A DNA stretch of 64,000 nucleotides, taken from the NCBI GenBank assembly GCA_020832905.1, contig JAJHRG010000001.1:474903-538902 (forward strand), read 5' to 3'. Below, in pieces: positions 16,700 to 25,693 of this stretch. The notes under the pieces were generated by a model. That model was given only the letters and a program-made list of their open reading frames with translations. It was not told where the DNA came from and did no database searches. The first letter of the stretch is position 1. Every line of letters begins with the position of its first letter. The position numbers and the translations under genes are program-made. The stretch comes from Thermoproteota archaeon. Its GTDB lineage: Archaea > Thermoproteota > Methanomethylicia > Methanomethylicales > Methanomethylicaceae.

Positions 16700-17689
16700 A
16701 TGAGTCCAAAAGAAAGAACTTTTAAAATATTAGAAGGAGAAAAAGTAGATAGACCATCTGTTTTATCAGTTACTCAAACTGGTACAGTTGAGTTAATGGA
16801 AGCATCAAATGCTTATTGGCCTGATGCAAATTTTAATGCTGAGCTTATGGCAAAATTAGCAATTGCAGGTCATACAATAGCTAATTTAGAAGGTATAAGA
16901 ATTCCTTTTTGTCTTACTGTATTAGCAGAATCTATGGGTTGTATTATAGATAAAGGAAGAATTGATCGTCAACCATCTATAGCAAAAACATTATATGATC
17001 AAGGAAAAACACCAAAAGTGGAAAATTTACTAGATAGCTATAGAATTCATGTAATTCTTGATGCAATACATAAAATTAAAGAAATGAATTTTAATGTTCC
17101 ATTAATAGTTGGATTTGAAGGTCCTACTACATTAGCAGGTCATTTACTTGGTGTTGAACGACTTTGTTTAATGATGATAAGAAAACCTGAAGAAGTAAAA
17201 AGCTATATAGAAAAAGCAGAAGAAGCATGTGTTATTTATGCAAAAGAACTTATAAAAGAAGGTGCAGATATAATAGTTGTTGCTGATCCTACTGCTTCTC
17301 CATCTGTTATAAGTCCAAAAATGTTTGAAAAATTTTCAAAAGAACCATTAAAATCTATAGCAAAATTAACAAAAAGATCTGTTCTTCATATATGTGGAAA
17401 TGCTACACCAATACTTAATCATATGGCAGAATGTGGATTTTCTGGATTAAGTATAGAAGAAAAAGTAGATTTAAAAACTGCTAAATCTATTTTAAAGGAT
17501 AAAAAAGTTGCTATTATTGGTAATGTTCCTTCTGCTGGAGTTCTACTTAATGGTACTGAAGAAGAAGTTTATAATGTAGCTAAACAAGCTATTGCCTCTG
17601 GTGTAGATATTTTAGCTCCAAGTTGTGGTATAGCTCCACGTACACCTACAAGAAATATTAAAGCAATGGTTAGAGCAGCTATTTCTTAA
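16700..17689 (+). CDS. Methylcobamide:thiol (CoM-type) methyltransferase, MtaA/MtbA-like (URO-D family)
   Basis: 329 aa. 'KVDRPSVLSVTQTGTVELMEASNAYWPDA...IRIPFCLTVLAESMGC...DRQPS' closely follows the MtaA/MtbA N-terminal consensus as I recall it. 'LHICGN' and 'APSCGIAP' are the Zn-ligand regions. Confidence 0.8.
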   Translation: MSPKERTFKILEGEKVDRPSVLSVTQTGTVELMEASNAYWPDANFNAELMAKLAIAGHTIANLEGIRIPFCLTVLAESMGCIIDKGRIDRQPSIAKTLYDQGKTPKVENLLDSYRIHVILDAIHKIKEMNFNVPLIVGFEGPTTLAGHLLGVERLCLMMIRKPEEVKSYIEKAEEACVIYAKELIKEGADIIVVADPTASPSVISPKMFEKFSKEPLKSIAKLTKRSVLHICGNATPILNHMAECGFSGLSIEEKVDLKTAKSILKDKKVAIIGNVPSAGVLLNGTEEEVYNVAKQAIASGVDILAPSCGIAPRTPTRNIKAMVRAAIS

Positions 17690-18425
17690 TTTTTAATATT
17701 TCAGGAATATCTAATTCAGTAATAGTTGCAGCTATTGGTATAGGATATCTAATTCCAAGATTATGTGTTTTTTCTAATCCTTCTGCTATTTTATCTATAT
17801 ATTTAAAAGGAATTACCATTGCTATTTCATCATCTTGTGAATGACCAAATCTTCTTTCCCCATAGCATGGTATTACAATTTTAGGTTTTTGAGTATTATA
17901 AGCATCAGCAATACCATCTCCACAAATACCACAATCTCCTACTGTACCAAATATTAATCTTTCTCCATTCATTGCATAAACTACTCCTTGTATTAATCTC
18001 ATTATTTGAGCACTATTTCCATATACTATAAACATATCAGGTTCAAAATCTAAAGCTTCTAAAGGACCAACAATAAATCCTTTTTTCTTATTTTTAATTT
18101 TTGGAATATTTTCTACAAATCTTTTAGCAGATTCATTATCATTAACATATCCTAATTTTATTATTATATCACCATTAATAAATGATTCATCAGGTTCTTT
18201 TAAACCAAGTGCTATCGCTCCTAAAATACATTCTATATTATCTAGTGTGACATTCCAAGACCATCCATAAAGTCTTGCAGTATTTATAATTTGACAAATA
18301 GTAAGTTTTTTTCTTGGTTTTCTTTGTATTTTTGTATTAATTTCAGATTCATATAACTTAATTCCTAAGATTTTTGATTTTGGTTTTATGTATTCATATA
18401 TTTTATTTAAATATTCTATACTCAT
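17679..18425 (-). CDS. Conserved hypothetical protein, DUF169/COG2043-like (tentative)
   Basis: About 248 aa from ATG 18425. This start has a GGGAGGG Shine-Dalgarno and an ATGA overlap with the ahcY stop, so the track start 18440 is rejected. '[17 protein letters not shown]' and 'GDCGICGDG' resemble DUF169 proteins (recalled). Confidence 0.45.
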   Translation of the reverse strand: MSIEYLNKIYEYIKPKSKILGIKLYESEINTKIQRKPRKKLTICQIINTARLYGWSWNVTLDNIECILGAIALGLKEPDESFINGDIIIKLGYVNDNESAKRFVENIPKIKNKKKGFIVGPLEALDFEPDMFIVYGNSAQIMRLIQGVVYAMNGERLIFGTVGDCGICGDGIADAYNTQKPKIVIPCYGERRFGHSQDDEIAMVIPFKYIDKIAEGLEKTHNLGIRYPIPIAATITELDIPEILKIKK

Positions 18426-19681
18426 GTTCCCTCCCACCAAGTTTTAAGATAATTTATTTGCTCTTCAGTCATAGTATCAATTTCAATTCCCATTTTCTTA
18501 AGTTTCAATCTTGCAATTTCTTCATCAATTTCTCTTGGAACATCATATACCTTTGGTTCTAATTTATGATAATTTTTAACAATATATTCTATACATAATG
18601 CTTGATTTGAAAAACTCATATCCATTACTTCACTTGGATGTCCTTCTGCAGCAACAAGATTTACAAGTCTTCCTTCAGCTAATAGATATATTTTTCTTCC
18701 ATCATTTAGTATATATTCATCAGTAAAATCATTAATTTTTCTTTTTTCTTTCTTCATTTCTTCTAAAGCATTAATATCTATTTCAACATTGAAATGTCCT
18801 GCATTTGCTAATATAGCACCATTTTTCATTAATTCAATATGTTCTTTTCTTATTACATTTTTATTTCCTGTTGCTGTTACAAAAATATCTCCATACTTAG
18901 CTGCTTCTTTCATTGGCATAACATCAAATCCATCCATAACTGCTTTTAAAGCTTTTATTGGATCTACTTCAGTAACTATAACTCTTGCTCCCATTCCTCT
19001 TGCTCTTATTGCAATTCCTTTACCACAATGTCCATATCCTGCAACTACAAATTTCTTTCCAGCAATTAAAATATTAGTTGCTCTTAATATTCCATCTATT
19101 GTACTTTGTCCTGTACCATATACATTATCAAAATCCCATTTTGTTTCAGCATTATTTACTGCAATAATAGGATATTTTAATAATTTTTTATCTGCCATAG
19201 CCTTAAGTCTTAATACTCCTGTAGTTGTTTCTTCAGTACCTCCAATAACAATATTAATATTTCCTTTTCCTTTATGAAGTGTTGTTACTAAATCTGCTCC
19301 ATCATCTATTGTTATTATTGGCTCATTTTCTAAAACCATTTCTATAAACTTATAATATTCTTCTCTAGTTTCTCCTCTTATTGCATATACTTTTATTCCT
19401 TCAGATGCAAGTGCTGCAGCTATATCATCTTGTGTTGATAAGGGATTTGAAGCAGTTAGAGCAATATCTGCTCCACCTGCTTTTAATGTTCTTATTAGTA
19501 CAGCAGTTTCCTTTGTAACATGTAAACAAGCTCCTATTCTTATATTCTTAAGAGGTTTTTCTTCTTGAAATCTTTTTCTTATTTCCATTAATACTGGCAT
19601 ATGATTTTCTGCCCATTCAATAGATTTTTTACCTTTTTCAGCTAATTTTATATCTTTAACTATATATTCCATGTTATACAC
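18422..19681 (-). CDS. ahcY: S-adenosyl-L-homocysteine hydrolase
   Basis: 419 aa with 'WAENHMPVL', 'DDGADL', the NAD-binding '[12 protein letters not shown]', and 'GHFNVEID'. Confidence 0.93.
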   Translation of the reverse strand: MYNMEYIVKDIKLAEKGKKSIEWAENHMPVLMEIRKRFQEEKPLKNIRIGACLHVTKETAVLIRTLKAGGADIALTASNPLSTQDDIAAALASEGIKVYAIRGETREEYYKFIEMVLENEPIITIDDGADLVTTLHKGKGNINIVIGGTEETTTGVLRLKAMADKKLLKYPIIAVNNAETKWDFDNVYGTGQSTIDGILRATNILIAGKKFVVAGYGHCGKGIAIRARGMGARVIVTEVDPIKALKAVMDGFDVMPMKEAAKYGDIFVTATGNKNVIRKEHIELMKNGAILANAGHFNVEIDINALEEMKKEKRKINDFTDEYILNDGRKIYLLAEGRLVNLVAAEGHPSEVMDMSFSNQALCIEYIVKNYHKLEPKVYDVPREIDEEIARLKLKKMGIEIDTMTEEQINYLKTWWEGT

Positions 19682-20381
19682 CTTTATCTTTATTTTTTAT
19701 ATTTACTCTTCTTAATATTTCATCATTTAATTTTATCTTATTAAGTTCTAAAACTGGTATTCTAATCATACTATCTTCAATACTTATTTCCTTTATCGGA
19801 AGAGATTTATTAATCCAAAATTCTCTTATTTTTTCTTCAAGTTCTATATCATTAATTATTGGATTGAAATATTTTTCTATTAATTTAATTAATTCTTTAT
19901 CTTTTATCCAATCTTCAGGTTTTACTAAATATGTACTATCAAAAGCAAGAAAAACTTCTGGTGCTACTGGTTTTATTCCAGCTAATTTTTCTAATGATTT
20001 TTCCTTTAAGATAATTGTTATAAATATATAATGTAAAAATTCATGAGCTAAACATGCTTTAATTAAATCATTATTTGCAAATAAAACAAATGGAAGAGTA
20101 AGTTCAATACATAATTTAAATTCATTATTAAAATTTTGAATTTTTGTTGATGCATAAATTACTGTACTTGTAAAACCTAATGGATATTTTACAATAATTA
20201 AATAAGGATTAAAAACAATAGGAGGATAAGATAATTCAAAAGCTTTTTCAACTTCATATACTAATTTATCAATAGAGGGAAGTTTTTCAAAAAACATTCT
20301 TAAAATATCATCACTTATATATCCATTTTCATGAAATTTCATTATTTTTTCAAAATAATAATCTCTTAGCATTATTCTCAC
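19674..20381 (-). CDS. Hypothetical protein with HExxH motif (putative zinc metallopeptidase)
   Basis: 235 aa. '[13 protein letters not shown]' is the only motif I recognise. Both ends overlap neighbouring genes in the operon. Confidence 0.45.
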   Translation of the reverse strand: MRIMLRDYYFEKIMKFHENGYISDDILRMFFEKLPSIDKLVYEVEKAFELSYPPIVFNPYLIIVKYPLGFTSTVIYASTKIQNFNNEFKLCIELTLPFVLFANNDLIKACLAHEFLHYIFITIILKEKSLEKLAGIKPVAPEVFLAFDSTYLVKPEDWIKDKELIKLIEKYFNPIINDIELEEKIREFWINKSLPIKEISIEDSMIRIPVLELNKIKLNDEILRRVNIKNKDKGV

Positions 20382-21430
20382 AAAAAGGATATTTTACTTT
20401 CCATTAATCCAATTACTAGCTTTATTCCATCTTCTAAATCTTTTTTTGAGACTACTTCACTAAAAGTATGTAAATATCTAGTTGGAATTGAAATACAACC
20501 TGATGGTATTCCTCCTCTTGATAATTGTATAGCTGCAGCATCTGTAGTTCCTCCTTCTAAAACTCCTAATTGATATTTTATACCTAATCTATTTGCTAAT
20601 TCTATTAACCAATTAACAACTAATGAATTTGCTAATAATCCTCCTCCTAAGGACTCTCTTCTTCCATCAGCTACTACTATAACTGGTCCTTTACCAATTT
20701 TTACGGGAGCTTCACTTTCAGATACTTCAGGATGATCTCCAGCAATTGTAGTATCAATAGCAATACCTATATCTGGTTTAACATTATAAGAACTTATTGT
20801 AGCTCCTCTAAGTCCTACTTCTTCTTGAACTGTAAAAACAGCAACAATTCTATTTACTGGTTTTGCTTTTCTTAAAGCCTCAATTAATATATAACATCCA
20901 GCTCTATCATCCATTGCTTTTCCTACTATTAAATCATTTTCTAATTCTATAAGATCTCTTTCAATAGTTATAGGTGTTCCAATTCCAATACCATATTTTT
21001 CAAGTTGTTCTTTTGATAATCCAGTATCAATAAACATTTTATCATAAGTAACTAATTGTTTTCTCTCTTCTTCTTTCATTATATGTATTGCTTTACAACC
21101 AATAACTCCATATACTTTCTTATATTTTCCATGAATAATTACTCTTTGACCAAGTAGAACATGATCTGGAATTCCTCCAATTTTTGCAAATCTTATAAAT
21201 CCTTTATCATCTATATGTTTTACAATTAATCCAATTTCATCCATATGTGCTGTAATCATTATAGTTTTTTCTCCATTTCCTTTATATGCATATATATTAC
21301 CAAATTTATCTTCTTCAATTTTATCAACAAATCCTTGTAATTCCTTTTTTATTATTTCACTTATACTATATTCAAATCCAGAAACTCCTGGTGCTTCACT
21401 TATTTTTCTTAATAATTCCATTATTATCAC
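20378..21430 (-). CDS. M42 family aminopeptidase (TET/FrvX-type)
   Basis: 350 aa with 'ITAHMDEIGL', 'GKAMDDRAG', 'FTVQEEVGLRGA' and 'AIDTT'. Confidence 0.85.
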   Translation of the reverse strand: MIIMELLRKISEAPGVSGFEYSISEIIKKELQGFVDKIEEDKFGNIYAYKGNGEKTIMITAHMDEIGLIVKHIDDKGFIRFAKIGGIPDHVLLGQRVIIHGKYKKVYGVIGCKAIHIMKEEERKQLVTYDKMFIDTGLSKEQLEKYGIGIGTPITIERDLIELENDLIVGKAMDDRAGCYILIEALRKAKPVNRIVAVFTVQEEVGLRGATISSYNVKPDIGIAIDTTIAGDHPEVSESEAPVKIGKGPVIVVADGRRESLGGGLLANSLVVNWLIELANRLGIKYQLGVLEGGTTDAAAIQLSRGGIPSGCISIPTRYLHTFSEVVSKKDLEDGIKLVIGLMESKISFL

Positions 21431-22827
21431 TCCTCAATTTTTATTTCAATTTCCTCATTATCAATTTTAATCTTAAACCATTTAATTTCTTTTCTTTTTT
21501 CTTTTCTTTCACTCATACTAATAGCTTTTGTTTCACCTTTTAAGAATGATACTGCTACTTGTGGAAATAATAAATATGTAAGAGCATCTTCTTCTTTTTT
21601 AAATAAAGATTTAACATCTTCAGGAATATCCTTAAATGTTAATTCTTTTGGAGGATTTGATGGCTTTACTTTTTGTAAAAGCTCTTCACTTATTTTACCA
21701 GGAGGTTTTCCATAAAATCCATTAATGTAATCTTCAACTTCTTTTATAATTGTTCCATATCTCTTTCCAGTAATTACATTAATAACTGCTTGTGTTCCAA
21801 CTATTTGACTCATTGGAGTAACTAATGGTGGATATCCTAAATCTCTTCTTACTATTGGTACTTCATCTAATACTTCTTTTAATTTTGATAATGCATTAAA
21901 TTCTTTAAGTTGAGCTATAAGATTAGATAACATACCTCCAGGTATTTGATGTTTTAAAGCTTTAGGATCTATTCTATCTGTAATTTCTGATGCATAACCT
22001 TTGTACTTTTCTCTTATTTTCTCAAAATATTCAGAACATTCATATATAATTTCAATATTTATATGAGATAATAATCCTGTATCTCTTAAGGCATCATAAA
22101 TTACTTCAATTGAAGGATGAGAAGTTCCAAAAGCAAATGGTGCTAATGCAGTATCAATAAATTCTGCTCCTGCTTCTATTCCTTTCATAAGTGAAAGAGA
22201 TGCTAATCCACAAGAATAATGACAATGTAAACCTACTGGTAATCCAGTTTCCTTTCTTATTCCTCTTACAAGATCAAATGCAGTTCTTGGTGCTAATAAT
22301 CCTGCCATATCTTTTATTCTTATTGCATCTACTTCCATTTCTGCAATTTTTTTTGCTACTTCAATAAAATAATCTACTGTATGTATTGGACTACGTGTAT
22401 ATACTATATCTCCATGTACTTCTGCTCCTACTTCTTTTGCAATTTTTATTGGCTTTCTTAAATTATCTACATCATTTAAAGCATCAAATATTCTAAAAAC
22501 ATCAACACCATTTTCATATGCTTTCTTAATAAAAGCTTCAATAACCTCATCATGATAATGTCTATAACCTACTAAATTCTTTCCTCTTAATAGCATTACT
22601 ACTTTTGTCTTTTTCAATTCTCTTTTTATTTTTCTTAATCTTTCCCAAGGATCTTCATTTAAATATCTTATACATACATCAAAAGTTGCTCCTCCCCAAG
22701 CTTCAATACCATAAAATCCAGCATCATCCATTTTTCCTAATATGGGTAAAATATCTTCAGTTTTTAATCTAGTAGCAATTAATGATTGTTGTCCATCTCT
22801 TATTGTTACATCTATTACTTTTAGCAA
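21427..22827 (-). CDS. Carboxyltransferase subunit (pyruvate carboxylase B / oxaloacetate decarboxylase alpha-like) without biotinyl domain
   Basis: 466 aa with 'DVTIRDGQQS', 'IKDMAG' and 'LHCHYSCG'. The protein ends '...KWFKIKIDNEEIEIKIEE', and I find no AMKM biotin-attachment motif. Confidence 0.85.
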   Translation of the reverse strand: MLKVIDVTIRDGQQSLIATRLKTEDILPILGKMDDAGFYGIEAWGGATFDVCIRYLNEDPWERLRKIKRELKKTKVVMLLRGKNLVGYRHYHDEVIEAFIKKAYENGVDVFRIFDALNDVDNLRKPIKIAKEVGAEVHGDIVYTRSPIHTVDYFIEVAKKIAEMEVDAIRIKDMAGLLAPRTAFDLVRGIRKETGLPVGLHCHYSCGLASLSLMKGIEAGAEFIDTALAPFAFGTSHPSIEVIYDALRDTGLLSHINIEIIYECSEYFEKIREKYKGYASEITDRIDPKALKHQIPGGMLSNLIAQLKEFNALSKLKEVLDEVPIVRRDLGYPPLVTPMSQIVGTQAVINVITGKRYGTIIKEVEDYINGFYGKPPGKISEELLQKVKPSNPPKELTFKDIPEDVKSLFKKEEDALTYLLFPQVAVSFLKGETKAISMSERKEKRKEIKWFKIKIDNEEIEIKIEE

Positions 22828-22953
22828 TACTTCATCACCATTATGTAAACTTTATTAATACATTTTTAAATATATTGATTTACTTTTTGTTTATCCTTCT
22901 TTTAGAATTTAAAGCGAAATATATATTTTTAGGTTCTTTTTTCCTTTTCCTAG

Positions 22954-24423
22954 GTGAGTTTTTTGGCAAGAGGAAGCAAAGAAATACTTCAAAAACTTGA
23001 ACAAATTGTTGGTCCTGATTATGTAAGCAATGAAGAAGCAGTACTTTTGCCATATTCTTGGGATTTAACATGGACAGAACCAAGAATGCCTGATTATGTT
23101 GTTATGCCAAAAACAGTTACTGAAATACAACGTATACTAAGATTAGCAAATCATTACAGAATACCAGTAATTCCATATGTAAATGCAACTAATATTGGTG
23201 GATTATGTGTTCCAGAAGAAGGAGGTATTGTAATAGATTTAAAAAGAATGGATAGAATAATAAAAATTGATCCTGAGACATGCTATGCAGTAATAGAACC
23301 AGGAGTAAGTCATGCACAACTTTCAGCTGCACTTAAAGCAACAAATCCACAATGGGAAGGTTATGAATTTTCAAAAGGATTTGAATTTGGATGGGGAGTA
23401 CATCCAGCATCAGCATCTGTTTTAGCTATGGCAATTAATCATGGAATTGGTCATCTTAATGGTAGATTAGGAATTAATAGTCAATTAATTTCAAGTATGG
23501 AAGTAGTACTTCCTACAGGTGAAGTTGTAAAATTAGGATCTTGTGCATTTTCTGATTCATGGCATTCATTCCTTCCATTACCAAGAATGGATGGACTTTT
23601 TGTAGGATGGATGGGAACTACTGGTATTGTAACAAAATTAGGAATATGGATCTTTCCAATAAGACCATACAAAGATGTACTAACAATAGCAGCAGAAACT
23701 GCATACGATATGACAAGATATATGGTTCATTGGCGTCATTATTCATTATGTGATGAAGTTACTGCAGTAAGTTGGTGGTTAGCTCAAATACCTATTCCAT
23801 ATCCATATCAAGAAAAACCAAAAGATGTTCCTGAATGGTTTAGCTATACTGTAATAAGTGGTTGGAGTGAAGAAGAATTAGAATATAAAAGAAAAATGTG
23901 GAAGAAAGTTGTAGAAGAAGAAAGAGCAAGAGGTACAAAATTAATTGATTTTGAATATCCACCTGAAGCAAAAAGAGGAAGAACAGAATTACCAAGTAGA
24001 ATTATAGGATCTACAAAGAATTATTCAAAATCATGTGGTGGAGGATTGGCTTGGCCAGGAACATTTGCACCATGTAAGAGCTGGCCTATATTATATGAAA
24101 AATGGAAGGAAATTTATATACGTCATAATCTATCACCTGCAGTAAGATTTACTGACTTCCAAGGTGCACATTATGGAATGTTAAGAGCAATGACACCATT
24201 TGATAAAAGAGATCCTGATTCTGTAAGAAGAGCTAAAGAAGCTATGATAGAATGTATAAGAGTTGGAATACCATTAGGAATGCTTCCTTATAAGCCACCA
24301 GTAGAATTTGTAAATGAATTAAATGCTAGAGCAGATCCAGGTTATATTTATCTATTAACAAAAATAAAGGATATGTTAGATCCAAATAATATAATGAATC
24401 CAGGTAAATTAGGTATAAGATGA
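22954..24423 (+). CDS. FAD-linked oxidase/dehydrogenase, GlcD-like (divergent), copy B
   Basis: 489 aa, a paralogue of 2201-3763 ('LEQIVGPDYVS', 'PDYVVMPKTVTEIQRILRLANHYRIPV', 'AVIEPGVS', 'GTTGIVTKLGI', 'LDPNNIMNPGKL'). The start is GTG 22954 or TTG 22963; the latter lies 4 nt after an AGGTGAG Shine-Dalgarno. Confidence 0.8.
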   Translation: MSFLARGSKEILQKLEQIVGPDYVSNEEAVLLPYSWDLTWTEPRMPDYVVMPKTVTEIQRILRLANHYRIPVIPYVNATNIGGLCVPEEGGIVIDLKRMDRIIKIDPETCYAVIEPGVSHAQLSAALKATNPQWEGYEFSKGFEFGWGVHPASASVLAMAINHGIGHLNGRLGINSQLISSMEVVLPTGEVVKLGSCAFSDSWHSFLPLPRMDGLFVGWMGTTGIVTKLGIWIFPIRPYKDVLTIAAETAYDMTRYMVHWRHYSLCDEVTAVSWWLAQIPIPYPYQEKPKDVPEWFSYTVISGWSEEELEYKRKMWKKVVEEERARGTKLIDFEYPPEAKRGRTELPSRIIGSTKNYSKSCGGGLAWPGTFAPCKSWPILYEKWKEIYIRHNLSPAVRFTDFQGAHYGMLRAMTPFDKRDPDSVRRAKEAMIECIRVGIPLGMLPYKPPVEFVNELNARADPGYIYLLTKIKDMLDPNNIMNPGKLGIR

Positions 24424-24433
24424 GGTGATGGAA

Positions 24434-25672
24434 ATGGCACTTGTATTAAAGAGAACTGATATGAAAGAATTAGCACAGCTTTATGATAGAATTTCCATGT
24501 GTACACAGTGTGGAAATTGTAAATATGGATATGAATATGGTCCAACTGAAAACTTTGCAGCAATGCTATGTCCTCAAGGAGATAAATATCAATTTGAAGC
24601 ATATAGAGGATCAAAAGGAAAAGCAGCTCTTGCTAAAGGTCTTTTAAGTGGAATGATAGAATGGAGTGATAAAGCAGCACATATCATATTTACATGTATT
24701 GGATGTGGTGCTTGTGTAGAAATGTGTGAAACTGATATCAAAGATTATCTTCAAAGAATGTTTGAAGCTCTTAAAAGTGAAGCTTGGAAACAAAATGTTG
24801 CCATACCTGAAGGTGTAAGAAAATGGAGTAGTACTATTAGAGAAAATCGTAATCCTTACTTAGAGAAACATGAAGATAGACTTAATTGGTTACCAGCTAG
24901 TATAAGAGAAAGTCTTCCAAAGAAAGCTGAATATATATACTTTGTTGGTTGTACTGCCTCATATAGACAAAAAAATATTGCATTAGCTACAGTTAAATTA
25001 TTACAAAAATTAAAAATTGACTTCACAATAGTTCCTGATGAATGGTGTTGTGCATCTCCATTATTAAGAACAGGACAATATGATATAGCAAAAGAATTCA
25101 TAGAGCACAATAGAGAATTACTAGGAAAATATGGTGCAAGTGCATTTATAACTACATGTGCTGGATGTTATAGGACATTATCTATAGACTATCAGAAAGA
25201 TCCTCCAGAAGGATATACAGATAAATTTGGTAAATCTAACTTCAAAGTAATTCATACAATACAATTAGTAGAAGAAATGATAAAGAAAGGTGAAGTAGAA
25301 TTTGAAGGAAGCTTTAATTATGTAGTTACATATCATGATCCATGTCATCTTGGAAGACATGCAAAAGTCTATGATTCTCCACGTAATGTACTACAAGCCA
25401 TACCTGGATTAAAACTTGTTGAAATGTATAGAAGTAAAAAGTTCTCATTCTGTTGTGGTGCTGGTGGAGGAGTAAGAGGAGGATTCCCAGATTATTCAAT
25501 TGAAACAGCAATTAAGCGTATAAGAGAAGCAGAATCTACTGGTGCATCTATAATAACATGTGTTTGTCCATTCTGTTGGAGAAATTTAAATGATGCTATT
25601 AATGCATCTAAATCATCAATGAAAATGATGGATATTACAGAAATACTTGAACCTATAATTAAAAGAAAGTAA
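24434..25672 (+). CDS. Fe-S oxidoreductase with two CCG domains (GlcF/HdrD-like), copy B
   Basis: 'CTQCGNC...LCPQ', 'CIGCGACVEMC', 'WCCASPL', 'FCCGAGGG' and 'YHDPCHLGR'. ATG 24434 lies 5 nt after a GAGGTGA Shine-Dalgarno overlapping the upstream TGA, so track start 24425 is rejected. Confidence 0.8.
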   Translation: MALVLKRTDMKELAQLYDRISMCTQCGNCKYGYEYGPTENFAAMLCPQGDKYQFEAYRGSKGKAALAKGLLSGMIEWSDKAAHIIFTCIGCGACVEMCETDIKDYLQRMFEALKSEAWKQNVAIPEGVRKWSSTIRENRNPYLEKHEDRLNWLPASIRESLPKKAEYIYFVGCTASYRQKNIALATVKLLQKLKIDFTIVPDEWCCASPLLRTGQYDIAKEFIEHNRELLGKYGASAFITTCAGCYRTLSIDYQKDPPEGYTDKFGKSNFKVIHTIQLVEEMIKKGEVEFEGSFNYVVTYHDPCHLGRHAKVYDSPRNVLQAIPGLKLVEMYRSKKFSFCCGAGGGVRGGFPDYSIETAIKRIREAESTGASIITCVCPFCWRNLNDAINASKSSMKMMDITEILEPIIKRK

Positions 25673-25693
25673 TCTTTCTTCTTTTTATTTTTT

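Noticed and set aside
18789-19277. Long ORFs antisense to well-supported genes. Examples in the track are 18789-19277 (+), 10172-10525 (-), 31413-31835 (+), 47442-47804 (+), 15850-16173 (-), 3415-3657 (-), 30994-31272 (+), 1190-1375 (+) and 45407-45688 (-).
   Set aside because: Each lies entirely within a gene whose product has clear family motifs on the other strand. Their translations are low-complexity Ser/Ile/Phe/Leu/Pro-rich 'shadow' sequences with no motifs. They are the expected by-product of codon bias in the real frame.
21427-22827. Calling 21427-22827 a complete pyruvate carboxylase B subunit.
   Set aside because: Only the carboxyltransferase domain is evident. The C-terminus stops before any biotinyl/lipoyl-type domain and lacks the (A/E)MKM motif. 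It is therefore called a carboxyltransferase subunit of unresolved partner and physiological role.
24425-24433. Longer N-termini given in the ORF track: 3764, 14225, 18440, 24425, 29847, 40625 and 43805.
   Set aside because: In each case an internal ATG lies 3-9 nt downstream of a GAGGTGA/GGAGG-type Shine-Dalgarno. It also removes an overlap with, or begins right after, the upstream gene. The extra residues have no counterpart in homologues.
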